NCBI RefSeq assembly: GCF_988243305.1
Contig: NZ_OZ547136.1
Strand: one strand, 5' to 3'
Length of the DNA stretch: 64,000 nt
In this document: piece by piece, positions 37,587-48,168 of the stretch
Layout of the letters: the number at the start of each line of letters is the position of its first letter
How positions within the stretch are numbered: position 1 is the first letter of the stretch
The notes under the pieces: generated by a model
Databases searched by the model: none
The model's input: only the letters and a program-made list of their open reading frames with translations
What the model was told of the DNA's origin: nothing
Program-made: the position numbers and the translations under genes

Positions 37587-39089
37587 TCACAAAATGAAAC
37601 GGATCTGCGCGGCCATGAAGCGGAACTGGTTAACCAGATCCGGTGTACACATCACATCCAGACGGTTACGGTCTTTTGTGTTGCGCTCCACGAGCAGATT
37701 CTTTTTAAAGGTGTCCAGATTTTCGACCAGCCCGAGTTCCACCCATTCTTCCCCCAGTGCAATCAGCTGGAGCGTCATAATCTCCGGCGTCACGATATTC
37801 TGACCGGGCCGGACGGGAGTACCGTTATCGGCCAGTTTGTGGCGCGGGAAACGCTGCGTGATAAAGGTGCGCAGGGAATAACGCAGATATGACAGGGTGT
37901 AGATGGTTTCTACATCCAGATAGCTGGGATCGCTTTCGCCGTATGCATTCTGACGGTACATCGTCACCTGACGTTCAATCTGCACCACATCAGCGGCCGC
38001 AACGGTCACCGTGGACATGCCGGTATAAAGCAGGCTGTTTCGCTCTTCCCGCGTCAGACGAGCCGGTGCTTCAGGTGCCATACGGGCAGGCAGCGCCAGT
38101 GTCTGTAATGGTCGGGCCGGATCCGTTGACAGGGAGGGCGCACAGACCGCACAAATGGAGGCCGCCCAGACATAATCCGGCTCTGGTGCTTTAGGAATAG
38201 AAGTGCAGGTAAACAGGAAGTCATTACGGGATTCACCAAAACTGGTTGCCGTACCGAAGGTGCCGGTATGCGCCATCCAGACCATACCGTCCGACATTTT
38301 TACCGGTCCCCAGCGTTTCAGCAGTTCATCCGCCAGAATTTTGAGATTTGCCGCATCCTTATAGGGCATGACGATGTAGTTGTACTGACGATTCCCCATC
38401 CCTGAGACGCTACGGGTGATATCGGGGTTTGTTGCCTTCTGTGTTGGCGCGACGAGCTCCAGCGTAAGACCGGCCGGTGTAGTTTCACCGTCATAATAGT
38501 TCACCCGTAAATCATGAGCTGAGCATTCACCGATAAAGCGGGCGTTAACCCCCATGCTCCCTTTAAGTCCTTCAGCATTATCACCACTGACTTCAGCTGC
38601 GATAGCAGTGAATGGCGCATCAGTGTCAGCGTTAATGACCTTAGCCAGCTCTTCCACAAGCTCTTTACCTTTTTTCCCCTTACTGACGGGCAGGAGGTAA
38701 CGGCGACCGCCGATGTAAACACTTAACACCCCGTCTGCCAATGCTGTTCCAATGATATTCATCACGCATGCCCTGGACTGACCTGTTCCAGCCCCCTGTG
38801 CAATGGCATATAACTCTGTGTCAGGGTTAATGGCGATAAATTCCTCTACCATCAGTGCAATCATGGAACCTCGCCCCCAGAGTTCTCTTGCTTGTGAAGC
38901 TCGGGTAATACGTACTGGTACATCAAGCTGACCGCGCCCCTGAATGGTGGTGTCTTTCATTGCAGCCTGACCAAACAACAGTACCGCCTGACGCTGTGGT
39001 GGAGTGCCGGTCACGGCCATTGAATTATTGATTTCAATCTGTACCAGCGGAATGCGATTGTTATCGCCGATATAATCAAAGTTAATCAT
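37587..39089 (-). CDS. contractile tail sheath protein
   Basis: 500-aa ORF; size and position typical of myophage sheath. Confidence 0.75.
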   Translation of the reverse strand: MINFDYIGDNNRIPLVQIEINNSMAVTGTPPQRQAVLLFGQAAMKDTTIQGRGQLDVPVRITRASQARELWGRGSMIALMVEEFIAINPDTELYAIAQGAGTGQSRACVMNIIGTALADGVLSVYIGGRRYLLPVSKGKKGKELVEELAKVINADTDAPFTAIAAEVSGDNAEGLKGSMGVNARFIGECSAHDLRVNYYDGETTPAGLTLELVAPTQKATNPDITRSVSGMGNRQYNYIVMPYKDAANLKILADELLKRWGPVKMSDGMVWMAHTGTFGTATSFGESRNDFLFTCTSIPKAPEPDYVWAASICAVCAPSLSTDPARPLQTLALPARMAPEAPARLTREERNSLLYTGMSTVTVAAADVVQIERQVTMYRQNAYGESDPSYLDVETIYTLSYLRYSLRTFITQRFPRHKLADNGTPVRPGQNIVTPEIMTLQLIALGEEWVELGLVENLDTFKKNLLVERNTKDRNRLDVMCTPDLVNQFRFMAAQIRFIL

Positions 39090-39376
39090 CAGGACGTCCC
39101 CTTGTCTGATGCTGCGGGTTTTTCAGTCGCGGGTTTTTCAGTCGCAGGTTTTTCTGCTGCCGCTCCCGCGGGTTTTCCGGCGGCATCAGTCGTTGCAGAC
39201 GCTGCTGCCGGTGCTGCTTCAGCCGCTTTTTCCACCACCATGACGTCCCCGTCATTAAGACGGCGGCACCAGAACGGGGTGAAGGGTTTTTCCTCTCCCT
39301 CCTGCGCCAGCGGTTTCATGGTGTCCGGATCGCGGATCAGGCATCCCGGCGCGGGTTTGATAAAAATGGTTGTCAT
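39089..39376 (-). CDS. hypothetical head-tail joining region protein (Mu gp38 position)
   Basis: 95-aa ORF with Ala/Pro-rich low-complexity C-terminus. Confidence 0.4.
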   Translation of the reverse strand: MTTIFIKPAPGCLIRDPDTMKPLAQEGEEKPFTPFWCRRLNDGDVMVVEKAAEAAPAAASATTDAAGKPAGAAAEKPATEKPATEKPAASDKGTS

Positions 39377-39379
39377 CTG

Positions 39380-39943
39380 TTATTCCTCTGACGGTCCGGC
39401 TTTTTCACCGGCGGCGGTTGCACCTGGCAGGCTGATGTGCGCCTTAAATTCCGGTGTGCCTTCCGGTTCGGTGAAGGTTTCGTAATGGCGCAGGAAATCA
39501 TCCAGCGAGCTGATATCCGTCAGCGGGTCGATCATTTCCTCGCATGAGAAATAAAGGGCGTACATCACGGCTCCGCTGTCGGCCTGCGTTTCGGTGTAAC
39601 CGTTAACCGCCTTTTCAAAGTAAAGCGGTGAGGTTTTTTCGGTTCTGAAGCCGTTCAGTACGGCAATCAGGCGGGCCACAATCTGATAAAGTCCCGGACG
39701 GCTGACCTCACGGCCATTGAGCATGTCGCCGATGACGTAGAACACCCAGTGACTGACCAGACGCCCACGGGTACGCCCTTCACCGGCACCCAGCCAGGCA
39801 ACATAGATAGCCGGGGCGTTAATCAGCATGGTGCGCAGCACGCTGTCGCTCCAGTCGCCGGGATGGGTGTCAACAGACACCAGTTCATTCCCGAAATACT
39901 CACGGATGCGGGCGATATATGCCTGTTCGGTTTCCGTAATCAT
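39380..39943 (-). CDS. hypothetical virion protein (Mu gp37 position)
   Basis: 187-aa ORF; synteny only. Confidence 0.4.
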   Translation of the reverse strand: MITETEQAYIARIREYFGNELVSVDTHPGDWSDSVLRTMLINAPAIYVAWLGAGEGRTRGRLVSHWVFYVIGDMLNGREVSRPGLYQIVARLIAVLNGFRTEKTSPLYFEKAVNGYTETQADSGAVMYALYFSCEEMIDPLTDISSLDDFLRHYETFTEPEGTPEFKAHISLPGATAAGEKAGPSEE

Positions 39944-40359
39944 ATAAAGCCCTTCTGGTTGCGCCCGAACACCGCCGCATCAGACTGCACCTGCGGTAAA
40001 TCCCCGGATTCAGGGGCCGCACCGTCGGTATCCACGCCGACCGGCACATTGCCGTTCATGACGTCTTTCAGCCAGGCCAGCGCCTCACGGTAACGGTCAC
40101 GCGCCTGATCGGATGCCCGCTGATCGCACAGGTAATAAAAGGCAATCGTGCAGCAGTGCTGAACAAGAACCGCCGGAACCACCGCCAGCGGCAGCGTGTA
40201 ACGGGAAGACAGATAGCTGTCGATAAGGGCAGACGCGTCCGTCAGTGCCCGGTTCAGCTTGCGCGTGTCCGGTTCATCCGAACGGGGCACTGCCAGTAAT
40301 GGCCTGAGCAAATCCTCGCGGTAACGTGCCCGCATATCGGTTTCGGTGGCGTAATTCAT
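39940..40359 (-). CDS. hypothetical virion protein (Mu gp36 position)
   Basis: 139-aa ORF; synteny only. Confidence 0.4.
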   Translation of the reverse strand: MNYATETDMRARYREDLLRPLLAVPRSDEPDTRKLNRALTDASALIDSYLSSRYTLPLAVVPAVLVQHCCTIAFYYLCDQRASDQARDRYREALAWLKDVMNGNVPVGVDTDGAAPESGDLPQVQSDAAVFGRNQKGFI

Positions 40360-40709
40360 GCGCGCGCCTTTTTTGCCTGTCTGGCGTTATTGCCGGTCTT
40401 TTTCCGGGGAGCATCCTGTCCGGCTTCGGCTAAATCTGCACCGGTCTCTGCATGAACCACACCCGCCACGGCTCCCGCATCATCACCAGGCGTCTGTAGT
40501 ATTCGTACAGTGAGGCATGGCTCCGCTTCCAGTCGGGCAAGCTGCTCCGGGGTGACGTCAACCTGCTGGCGTCCCCGCATGAACAGGAACCCCGCACGAC
40601 GAAACTGCGCACGACTGCAACGCACTTCTGCCAGTACCGTGACAGGACTGTCACCACTGACCTGAAGGCCTGAATCATCTGTTGCTGCCACAGTGTGATG
40701 TTCATTCAT
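40356..40709 (-). CDS. hypothetical protein downstream of major head gene
   Basis: 117-aa ORF; synteny only. Confidence 0.35.
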   Translation of the reverse strand: MNEHHTVAATDDSGLQVSGDSPVTVLAEVRCSRAQFRRAGFLFMRGRQQVDVTPEQLARLEAEPCLTVRILQTPGDDAGAVAGVVHAETGADLAEAGQDAPRKKTGNNARQAKKARA

Positions 40710-40752
40710 ATTTGCCCTCCGCAGGGGCCGGGCCGTAAGCCCGGCTCACCGT

Positions 40753-41700
40753 TTACAGATAATCCGCGACAACCAGCTCCAGCTTGCCCTTCATCTCGTT
40801 AGAGACGGTGGTGTTACCGTCCGCGAACAGCTCGCGCTCCAGCAGCTGCACCGCCTGTTTTTCCAGCGAGGTGGGGACAACAATATGGGTGGGTTTGATG
40901 CCGAGTTTGCGGCCACCGTCAGCCTTAAAGTCACGCATGGCTGACCAGCCGTGCCACAGCGCATCCAGCGTCAGCGGTGACTGCATCATGTAGGCCATCT
41001 GCCAGAAGCCGTAGCCCACATTGCGACGGGCGGAAGCACCGAACACAAACTCGTTATCAGTAAACGCACGGCCTTCATCGACTTTTGTCTGGGCAACCAG
41101 TTCGGCCTTGCGGCGATCCTGATAAATCAGCGGTTTTACCGCGCGGGAGCAGTCAAGCAGATACCAGGCCGGGCCGCTGTAATCCGCCTGTGCACCGACA
41201 GAGCCGGTTTTTGCCACAAACATATTGCTGACCATCTGTGCATCACCGGAGCCATCCACTTTGGGGTAAACAGGGTGTTCGGTATCAAAGAAGTTCTGGC
41301 CGTCATAGCAGGCCGCATTCAGACCATCACGCAGTGCAGCAAAGACCAGTTCATCCGGTTGTGCCGCCGCAGCGCGCCCCATCTCCTGGAACAACGGGGA
41401 GTAGATGCCAAGATTGTCGTCTTCAAAGTCATCGCGGCTAATGGCAACGGTGCCTTCAAAGGTTTTGTTCACGATGGCGTAGCCATAGGCTTTCATCTTC
41501 TCGATGACGCGGGAGCCGATCCACTCACGGAACTGCGGGAACTGCCCCAGCCAGCCGTAGGTGTTGGATTTCGACGTGGACGGTACGGTCATCGCAATTT
41601 TCTGGTACTGAGACGGAGCCATGGACATCCCGGCCTGAAAATCAGAACGGTAGCCCGTCATCAGGGCGGTGATCATCGCCGGTGTGATCGGGGTAGGCAT
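40753..41700 (-). CDS. major head subunit (Mu T-like)
   Basis: 315-aa ORF immediately downstream of protease/scaffold gene. Confidence 0.7.
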   Translation of the reverse strand: MPTPITPAMITALMTGYRSDFQAGMSMAPSQYQKIAMTVPSTSKSNTYGWLGQFPQFREWIGSRVIEKMKAYGYAIVNKTFEGTVAISRDDFEDDNLGIYSPLFQEMGRAAAAQPDELVFAALRDGLNAACYDGQNFFDTEHPVYPKVDGSGDAQMVSNMFVAKTGSVGAQADYSGPAWYLLDCSRAVKPLIYQDRRKAELVAQTKVDEGRAFTDNEFVFGASARRNVGYGFWQMAYMMQSPLTLDALWHGWSAMRDFKADGGRKLGIKPTHIVVPTSLEKQAVQLLERELFADGNTTVSNEMKGKLELVVADYL

Positions 41701-42824
41701 TATTGCATTTCCTCTTTCATTTTCAGGAACTCGGCTTCGGTTTTACCCAGCAGATGGGCGGCGGCGATATCTTCAGCCGACAGCGCAGCGGTGGCGGTCT
41801 TTTTATCCGGCACGGTTACGGTGTCGGTCTGAAGAGTGGTCAGAGCCGCAACCGGCTGGCGGGCGTCAAGCTGTGCAGAAAGTGCCGCAACACCAATCTG
41901 TTGTCCGAGTCCTTCCATGTATCCGCGTTCGCTTTTGAAAATGCGTCCTTCGGACTCGGCCTTATCCAGCAACTGCTCCAGCGTGGTGCAGCCGTGTTGT
42001 GCCGACAACGCGACATATTCGGTACGCAGGGCGTTATACGTCTCAACGGGCACGTATTTCGTCAGATCAATAGTGCCGCCAGTTGGTGTGCCTTTTGCGG
42101 TTTCCAGCTCTGCCGACAGGCTGGCAACCTGCGTTTTCAGGGTGTCGTGCGCATCCGCACGGGTTTTGAGCCCGGTAAGGGCAGACAGCGCCGCCGTGCC
42201 CAGTTCCGGTGTAAATTCGTCACCGTCGGCCACGGTCAGACCGAGCGCCGTCAGCAACTGGCGTAATTGCTCATTCATGGAGGTGTCCTTTAAAGGAGGG
42301 TTTAAGGCGTTATAAAGGTCATCCGCCGACAGTGCGGCGACAGGATTCATGCCAGTCAGACCGGGGTCACCGGTAATAGCCAGCATCCGAAGCTCAACAG
42401 GTTCACCGGTGATTTCGTCATAACCAATCACCGGGGAAAACCAGGGAAATTCGTTATTGCGCAGGTGTTCAATGGCCGGAGGGTTCCAGTCCGGACGCAC
42501 TTCAAAACCCCGCTCTTCACTGAAGCGGAAGTTTTCCGGTGAGGCCATGACAAAACCGGCAGCCGGTGCCGGATGCCCCTTAATCAGGGTCTGGTGGTTG
42601 TAGTCAATTTTTACCGGCTGATTGAGCGCCACAACCCGGGATACCATGCGCTCAACGGCCGCATGGTTAATCAGCCAGCCTTCCGCCGGTTTTTCCGGGC
42701 GACCGTCACGGGCCTTTACCCGACCGGCTGGCATGATCTGACACCAGTCACCGTCCCCGTCTGCGGACAGGCTGATGGCATTCAGAATGGCATAAGCAAG
42801 TTTGGGCGTGTTTTTCGTCTTCAT
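41700..42824 (-). CDS. head maturation protease/scaffold (Mu I-like)
   Basis: 374-aa ORF with coiled-coil C-terminal half, upstream of major head gene. Confidence 0.65.
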   Translation of the reverse strand: MKTKNTPKLAYAILNAISLSADGDGDWCQIMPAGRVKARDGRPEKPAEGWLINHAAVERMVSRVVALNQPVKIDYNHQTLIKGHPAPAAGFVMASPENFRFSEERGFEVRPDWNPPAIEHLRNNEFPWFSPVIGYDEITGEPVELRMLAITGDPGLTGMNPVAALSADDLYNALNPPLKDTSMNEQLRQLLTALGLTVADGDEFTPELGTAALSALTGLKTRADAHDTLKTQVASLSAELETAKGTPTGGTIDLTKYVPVETYNALRTEYVALSAQHGCTTLEQLLDKAESEGRIFKSERGYMEGLGQQIGVAALSAQLDARQPVAALTTLQTDTVTVPDKKTATAALSAEDIAAAHLLGKTEAEFLKMKEEMQ

Positions 42825-43001
42825 TCCGGCAGCATAAGCCGGTGTTTTTCGGGGCCGGTTTTGCGGGACTTCAGAAAGTGCTGACAGGGGAAAAATGAGA
42901 AAGGCGCTTCACGCAGATTTTAAAGCCCGTTAAATACAGGTTAGAAAATCACGACACGCGCCTGAAGAGGGTAAGGTAATGCGTTTGTATACCTTAAACC
43001 A

Positions 43002-43475
43002 TTACGGCGTTTCTGTGGCCTTTTTAAAGCGTTTTCTGATTTCGTCCATGATCTCCTGTTCTGCCACCTGATCAAAGCCCATATACGGACGTGCGCCAAT
43101 GGCCGCCGGTCCCGGTGGCATACCAGGCAGGCCACCCCACTGATGAATGGCCGCATAAGGTTCATTTGATCCAATCAGCGCCCAGGTATCGCCATAATCC
43201 GTGGTCAGGCGGCGGGCCAGATCGCCGTTCAGTGTCAGGATTTTGCCGGGCGTGTATCCCTTACGGGTACGCCACTTGCGGTAAGGATCTGACCAGTCAT
43301 GCCAGCGTTCGCCGTCCGGCTCTTTTTCCTGTTCAAACGCCATTTCTGACGATGACAGAAGACTCTCCGCCACACTGCGGGCCAGGTCTTTTCCGCCGCC
43401 CACAAACTGAAGCCGGGCAAACACCCGCTGGAGACGCGTAACGTCAACAACGACAGTGGCATCAATGGATGACAT
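43002..43475 (-). CDS. virion morphogenesis protein (Mu G-like)
   Basis: 157-aa ORF between F-like and I-like genes. Confidence 0.55.
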   Translation of the reverse strand: MSSIDATVVVDVTRLQRVFARLQFVGGGKDLARSVAESLLSSSEMAFEQEKEPDGERWHDWSDPYRKWRTRKGYTPGKILTLNGDLARRLTTDYGDTWALIGSNEPYAAIHQWGGLPGMPPGPAAIGARPYMGFDQVAEQEIMDEIRKRFKKATETP

Positions 43476-43596
43476 ATTGCCTCCGCATAAAGGATGAATA
43501 TAAAATAAACAGGCGGTCAGTGTACGCTTAACTGGTAAAGTCGGTGCCTGCCTCCGGGTGGATCATGTATGCGGGTTCGACCCCCGCCACTGACCG

Positions 43597-44928
43597 TTAA
43601 TCAATTTGTCCTTCCAGCACCTCAAGCATTCCGCCCCGGATATCCGATTTCAGCTTATCCATATTGATAACCCGGTAAGCATTCACAATCACATCCAGTT
43701 TGTCGGGCTGATGTTTCAGACTGTACGGTGCATTAACGGCAATCTGCACACTGCCATCCTTATTTTCCACGATATACATCAGATTTTTGTGCCGTTTGTC
43801 CCACAGCACCGCTTTTGGCTTTGCCAGCATTGCCGGTAAGCGCCCGAAGTCCTCTGGCATCAGGGCGATGCCGTCATTCTGATGTTTCACACTGTCTGCA
43901 TGGAGCACATTTTTACCGCTCATCGCCAGCAGGCGGGCCGGTGGCGTTCCCGTCCGGCTTTCCACTGCCTGCGCAATGCTTTCAGTCATAAAGCCCAGCG
44001 TGCGGATATCGTTACCACCTCGCCGGGTCTGCATGATGTTTTTTGCCCAGATGCGGAACGCCAGCTGCCGCTCCGGGCTGTTGTTCATCTCCTGAACCAC
44101 CATTTCCCGTAACGCCGGGCTTTTCACCTCGATCAGTTTGCGGATCAGCGCCTGGTCTGTGCCGAACGCTGCCGAGCCGGGGTTATATGACCAGCCCACA
44201 TCCGGTGTCATGGTTCTGGTGCCATCTGAATATGTGGTCACCGGCATTTCTCTGACTTCTCCGGTCTGTTTATCCACGCCAGCCTCAACATTGCGGGTGG
44301 AGAGATGATCCTCACCGGATGAAACGGATAACCCCATTGCATCCAGACGAGCCTGAGACAATGGCCGCACACGGCAGCGGCAGTTCCAGCCATTAGGTGG
44401 GTAGTGTGTTTTCCAGAACGGATCGTCATAGCGGAATACCAGACCGTTAAGGGCGGAATGCGACGGGCGGGTACGGCTGTCCATGACCGCCACATACTGC
44501 CAGAACGGATGCGTGTCCGTGTTGTTCATCATCTGCGTGTAACGCCCGGCATTGTAAGCCACACGGGTGTTCACGTTGTAAATCAGCGCCAGACGACGGG
44601 GACTGCCCAGTTGCACTTCTTCCGCGTTACCGTCGCTGTCCACCACAATCTGCTTTCCCCACCATCCCAGCTTTTGCAGGCGTGGCGTCAGCGTGCGGAT
44701 AAATGCTTTCTGTGAAATTCCCTCATCAATGGCCCGCTGCACTTCGGCCTGTAACGTGGTCACCACATCCAGGCGTGCCGCTTTTGCTGCCGTGAATGAG
44801 CGGGCATGAACATCCGCGGCTGTTTCGAACCAGTTCCAGCTGATATGCGCCCCTTTGACACGGAAGTATGCTACCGCCTCTTTTGAGGGAAGCGTGGCGG
44901 CATAACCTAAATCAATCCCCTGTGTCAT
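43597..44928 (-). CDS. head morphogenesis protein (Mu F-like)
   Basis: 443-aa ORF containing NGWNCRCR motif typical of Mu F/SPP1 gp7 family. Confidence 0.7.
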   Translation of the reverse strand: MTQGIDLGYAATLPSKEAVAYFRVKGAHISWNWFETAADVHARSFTAAKAARLDVVTTLQAEVQRAIDEGISQKAFIRTLTPRLQKLGWWGKQIVVDSDGNAEEVQLGSPRRLALIYNVNTRVAYNAGRYTQMMNNTDTHPFWQYVAVMDSRTRPSHSALNGLVFRYDDPFWKTHYPPNGWNCRCRVRPLSQARLDAMGLSVSSGEDHLSTRNVEAGVDKQTGEVREMPVTTYSDGTRTMTPDVGWSYNPGSAAFGTDQALIRKLIEVKSPALREMVVQEMNNSPERQLAFRIWAKNIMQTRRGGNDIRTLGFMTESIAQAVESRTGTPPARLLAMSGKNVLHADSVKHQNDGIALMPEDFGRLPAMLAKPKAVLWDKRHKNLMYIVENKDGSVQIAVNAPYSLKHQPDKLDVIVNAYRVINMDKLKSDIRGGMLEVLEGQID

Positions 44929-46501
44929 CCAGCATCCCCTTCATTTCCGCAGCAAACATGGCATCACTGAGCAGCGTCATCAGGCGGGAATCATCCATTT
45001 CACGATAAAGGGCAGGCAGGTCTGCCAGCGCATCCGCCAGCCCCCGCGTTCTGATGGCATCAATGACCGGCTCCAGTACCGGGTCGATGGCCTCCTGTAA
45101 GCGGCGGGCAGGCACCGCGTCCCCCATATCATCCAGTTCATCACGCGGCGTGCTTTTCGCTTCCGGCAGTCTGGCTGACAGCGCCGTCTGCTCTGTTTTT
45201 TCCTGTTTTTCCGGTGGTGTTTCCCTGTCGGTCTGAGCCGGTTCATTGCCACTCTGACGGACACGGAATATGGCTTCACCGGGCGTGGGCTGCGGAATAC
45301 CGGTCTGCTCCCGTATCCAGGGATCAGAAATATCCATCCCCGTACTGAGCTGCATCACCGCACTGGTGATTTTGGTGATATCACCTGGTTCTTTGGTCTG
45401 GAAGCAGATACGTGGCAGACGGCGGATATCAATAGTGTGCGTGGTGTTCAGGGCGTACAGCGGATACACCAGATCGCGGTTCAGGGTTGCAGCCAGCTGC
45501 CGTAAATCAGAATCCCTGATTTCCCGGCGCACCTCGTTATGCACCTCACCCAGCGAGCGCGCGCCTTTGTCTCCGGCTTCCGTGGTCAGCGTGCCGCCGA
45601 GTATTGCTTTGGAGATGGAACGCTCCCCCCACGAAATCATGGTTTCAAATGGATCGGCCTGACCGTTTGCTGCCGCCTGAAATTCCAGCGACATCCCGGC
45701 CGGGATGATCCCGCCTGTACGTCGCCCGATATCCATCACCGCCCGCATCAGGGCGCTTTTCTGCTCCGGTGTTGCCCCGGACGGGTATTTCCCGACCTTC
45801 ATCGGCAGTCCGTACACCTCCAGAAATTCGGCCAGATCGCGCACGGAATAGTTTTTGAAAATGAACGGCCAGATAAGCGTCCTGACAAGCCCCGTTGCGC
45901 CACCGTAACCGGTCCGTGAACGTGACTGATGCACTATCCAGCCAAAAGGCTGAAACGCCACCCCGGCATGGCTGCCGTCACGCAGCCGCAGTTCGCTCAA
46001 ATCATCCGGGTTAAGGCAGAAATGCCCGCTGTCACGCCAGCGGATGGCGCGGATGATGTGCATTTTACCGAGCATCCCGTGCTCAATTTCCATGCAGGAA
46101 TAGCCCTTCAGGATGGCATCCGTGGCGTCAAACAGCATGGCATCAAACCAGTCTGCGGAATGCAGATATTCGTCGAGCATTTCCGCGTCCTTTTTCTCAT
46201 TCGCGCTGGCGTTCGGTGGCGGCTCAATACTCCATGGCACCCCCTGAATGGCAAGACGTCGCTTGCCCAGCTCCGCAAAAAGGTGGGTGTCCTTTTCTTC
46301 AATATCAGCGGCCAGATCGGACTGGGCAATCAGATCGCCACGTTCAGCCCCGCGAAGGCACTGCGCCGCCCGGTTCGGGGTGATACCCGAAGCCGGATGT
46401 TCAATATAACGGCTGGCAATCTGCGGAATATCCAGCGCGGCACTCTGCATCTCCGGGTCAAAGGAGAAAGGTTTTCCGTCAGTATCAATGATGCGTCCCA
46501 C
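44912..46501 (-). CDS. portal protein (Mu H-like)
   Basis: 529-aa ORF directly downstream of large terminase. Confidence 0.7.
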   Translation of the reverse strand: MGRIIDTDGKPFSFDPEMQSAALDIPQIASRYIEHPASGITPNRAAQCLRGAERGDLIAQSDLAADIEEKDTHLFAELGKRRLAIQGVPWSIEPPPNASANEKKDAEMLDEYLHSADWFDAMLFDATDAILKGYSCMEIEHGMLGKMHIIRAIRWRDSGHFCLNPDDLSELRLRDGSHAGVAFQPFGWIVHQSRSRTGYGGATGLVRTLIWPFIFKNYSVRDLAEFLEVYGLPMKVGKYPSGATPEQKSALMRAVMDIGRRTGGIIPAGMSLEFQAAANGQADPFETMISWGERSISKAILGGTLTTEAGDKGARSLGEVHNEVRREIRDSDLRQLAATLNRDLVYPLYALNTTHTIDIRRLPRICFQTKEPGDITKITSAVMQLSTGMDISDPWIREQTGIPQPTPGEAIFRVRQSGNEPAQTDRETPPEKQEKTEQTALSARLPEAKSTPRDELDDMGDAVPARRLQEAIDPVLEPVIDAIRTRGLADALADLPALYREMDDSRLMTLLSDAMFAAEMKGMLDDTGD

Positions 46502-48168
46502 TACCAGCCCCCCCGATCAAATTCATGATATGCCTCATCGTCATCACGATAACCGCCCTCCATTGCCCGCGACCGCTCCGGTAGCGCCTGACAGGCTGAT
46601 TCATCCAGGATGAAGCCCTCCATGTATGACGCCCGGTTTGCCATACAGAGCGCCACGGCAAAATCACCATGGCGGCGGGCGTTCGCAGCCGTTGCGTTCT
46701 GGTCCTTCGTGCGCCCCTTGTCGATTTGCGGGATACCATTCACTACCTTCACATGGCGCAAATCATCAAGCGTGGTCTGATGGCGGGCGACGAGGATATT
46801 CTGATCTTCAAACTCGGCTTTCAGTTTTGGCATCCACTCGCCGTACCACTTCGGCGACAACATCACGCAGTCGATGATATCCGGGCCAAAGGCCAGCAGT
46901 GCGGCCTCTGCCAGATAGCCGCCGTTACCGGTGGCGTCGAACGCCGCACCGACCAGCGCCGGAACGCGGGTCAGGATGTACATCATCACCTGTTCCTGCT
47001 GGGCATACGGCAGGTTGCGCAGCTCCACGCGAAACACCTCGCGCTTTGCCAGGGATTCGGTGATTTCCAGCAGCACAAAGCAGGACAGGTCACCGGTGCG
47101 GGCAAAGTCTTCCCCGAAGCTGAAGCGGGAACGGGGATTTAATTTCTCTAAAAGCGGTTTTAAATGTTCTTCACACCAGGTTAAAACTTCCGATTCACGC
47201 AGCCATGCGGCACGGCTGATGAAGTTGTCCGGGGCTTCAAACGTCAGAATCGGGATGTCGCGGATCATCGCCATTTCAATAAGCGCGTGGGGGATATAGG
47301 CACCGCCGGATTTTTTCGGGATACAGCCGTATTCCTCGTCGGCATCCTCACGGGTCGGGGCGTTTTTGTAGAGATCATCACGCCATTTCTGCTCGCTTTC
47401 CGGTGACCATTCCTGATCGGTGACGTAACAGATACGACGGTACAGCCCGTCCGCAATGGCATCATCCAGGGTTATGCGGTGGACGCTGTAATCCTTGCGC
47501 CCCTCGCGGGCTTCCTGAATGTACTGATTAAACAGATTATCGACGCCGTTATGCGTGGAGATAATACGCACGCGCGCGCCCCACATAGTGAGCGCCATTG
47601 CCGCCTTGAGAAGCTCATCCAGTGACTCGTGGAACGCGGCTTCATCAATCACCACATCCCCCTGAAGGCCGCGCAGGTTTGACGGACGGGAAGACAATGC
47701 CTGAATTTTGAATCCACTGTTCGGAAAGCGGATCATGTAGGTCAAAATTTCTTCTTTTTTATCCCGATCCCAGAATGTCTGCTCATACACATCAGCATCT
47801 GCCAGCTGGTTAAAGGCACGGGAGAACAGCGCGCAGGCAGAAATATATTCCAGCGCCATCTCCTGCTTTGATCCCACATAAAACACATTGCGGCCACCAC
47901 GACGCTTCGGTTTTGCAGCAGTAATGACGTTACGCCCGGCTTCCGCCCAGGTAAGACCGGTGCGGCGGGATTTCTCCGCGATGCAGACCTGACTTTCATC
48001 TGCAAACCAGCGGGCCTGATAATCCAGAAACACCGGCATATCACCGGGCAAATCAAGGCTGTCCGGCACATCCACGCCCAGCAGGGCTTTTTCACCTGAC
48101 AGATCAATTTTGCGGGGAGGCGTCATTTGCATCAGTGAAGGCGACGTTTCTCTGGCTTTGTTCATCAT
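46501..48168 (-). CDS. terminase large subunit
   Basis: 555-aa ORF; size and position upstream of portal. Confidence 0.75.
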   Translation of the reverse strand: MMNKARETSPSLMQMTPPRKIDLSGEKALLGVDVPDSLDLPGDMPVFLDYQARWFADESQVCIAEKSRRTGLTWAEAGRNVITAAKPKRRGGRNVFYVGSKQEMALEYISACALFSRAFNQLADADVYEQTFWDRDKKEEILTYMIRFPNSGFKIQALSSRPSNLRGLQGDVVIDEAAFHESLDELLKAAMALTMWGARVRIISTHNGVDNLFNQYIQEAREGRKDYSVHRITLDDAIADGLYRRICYVTDQEWSPESEQKWRDDLYKNAPTREDADEEYGCIPKKSGGAYIPHALIEMAMIRDIPILTFEAPDNFISRAAWLRESEVLTWCEEHLKPLLEKLNPRSRFSFGEDFARTGDLSCFVLLEITESLAKREVFRVELRNLPYAQQEQVMMYILTRVPALVGAAFDATGNGGYLAEAALLAFGPDIIDCVMLSPKWYGEWMPKLKAEFEDQNILVARHQTTLDDLRHVKVVNGIPQIDKGRTKDQNATAANARRHGDFAVALCMANRASYMEGFILDESACQALPERSRAMEGGYRDDDEAYHEFDRGGW

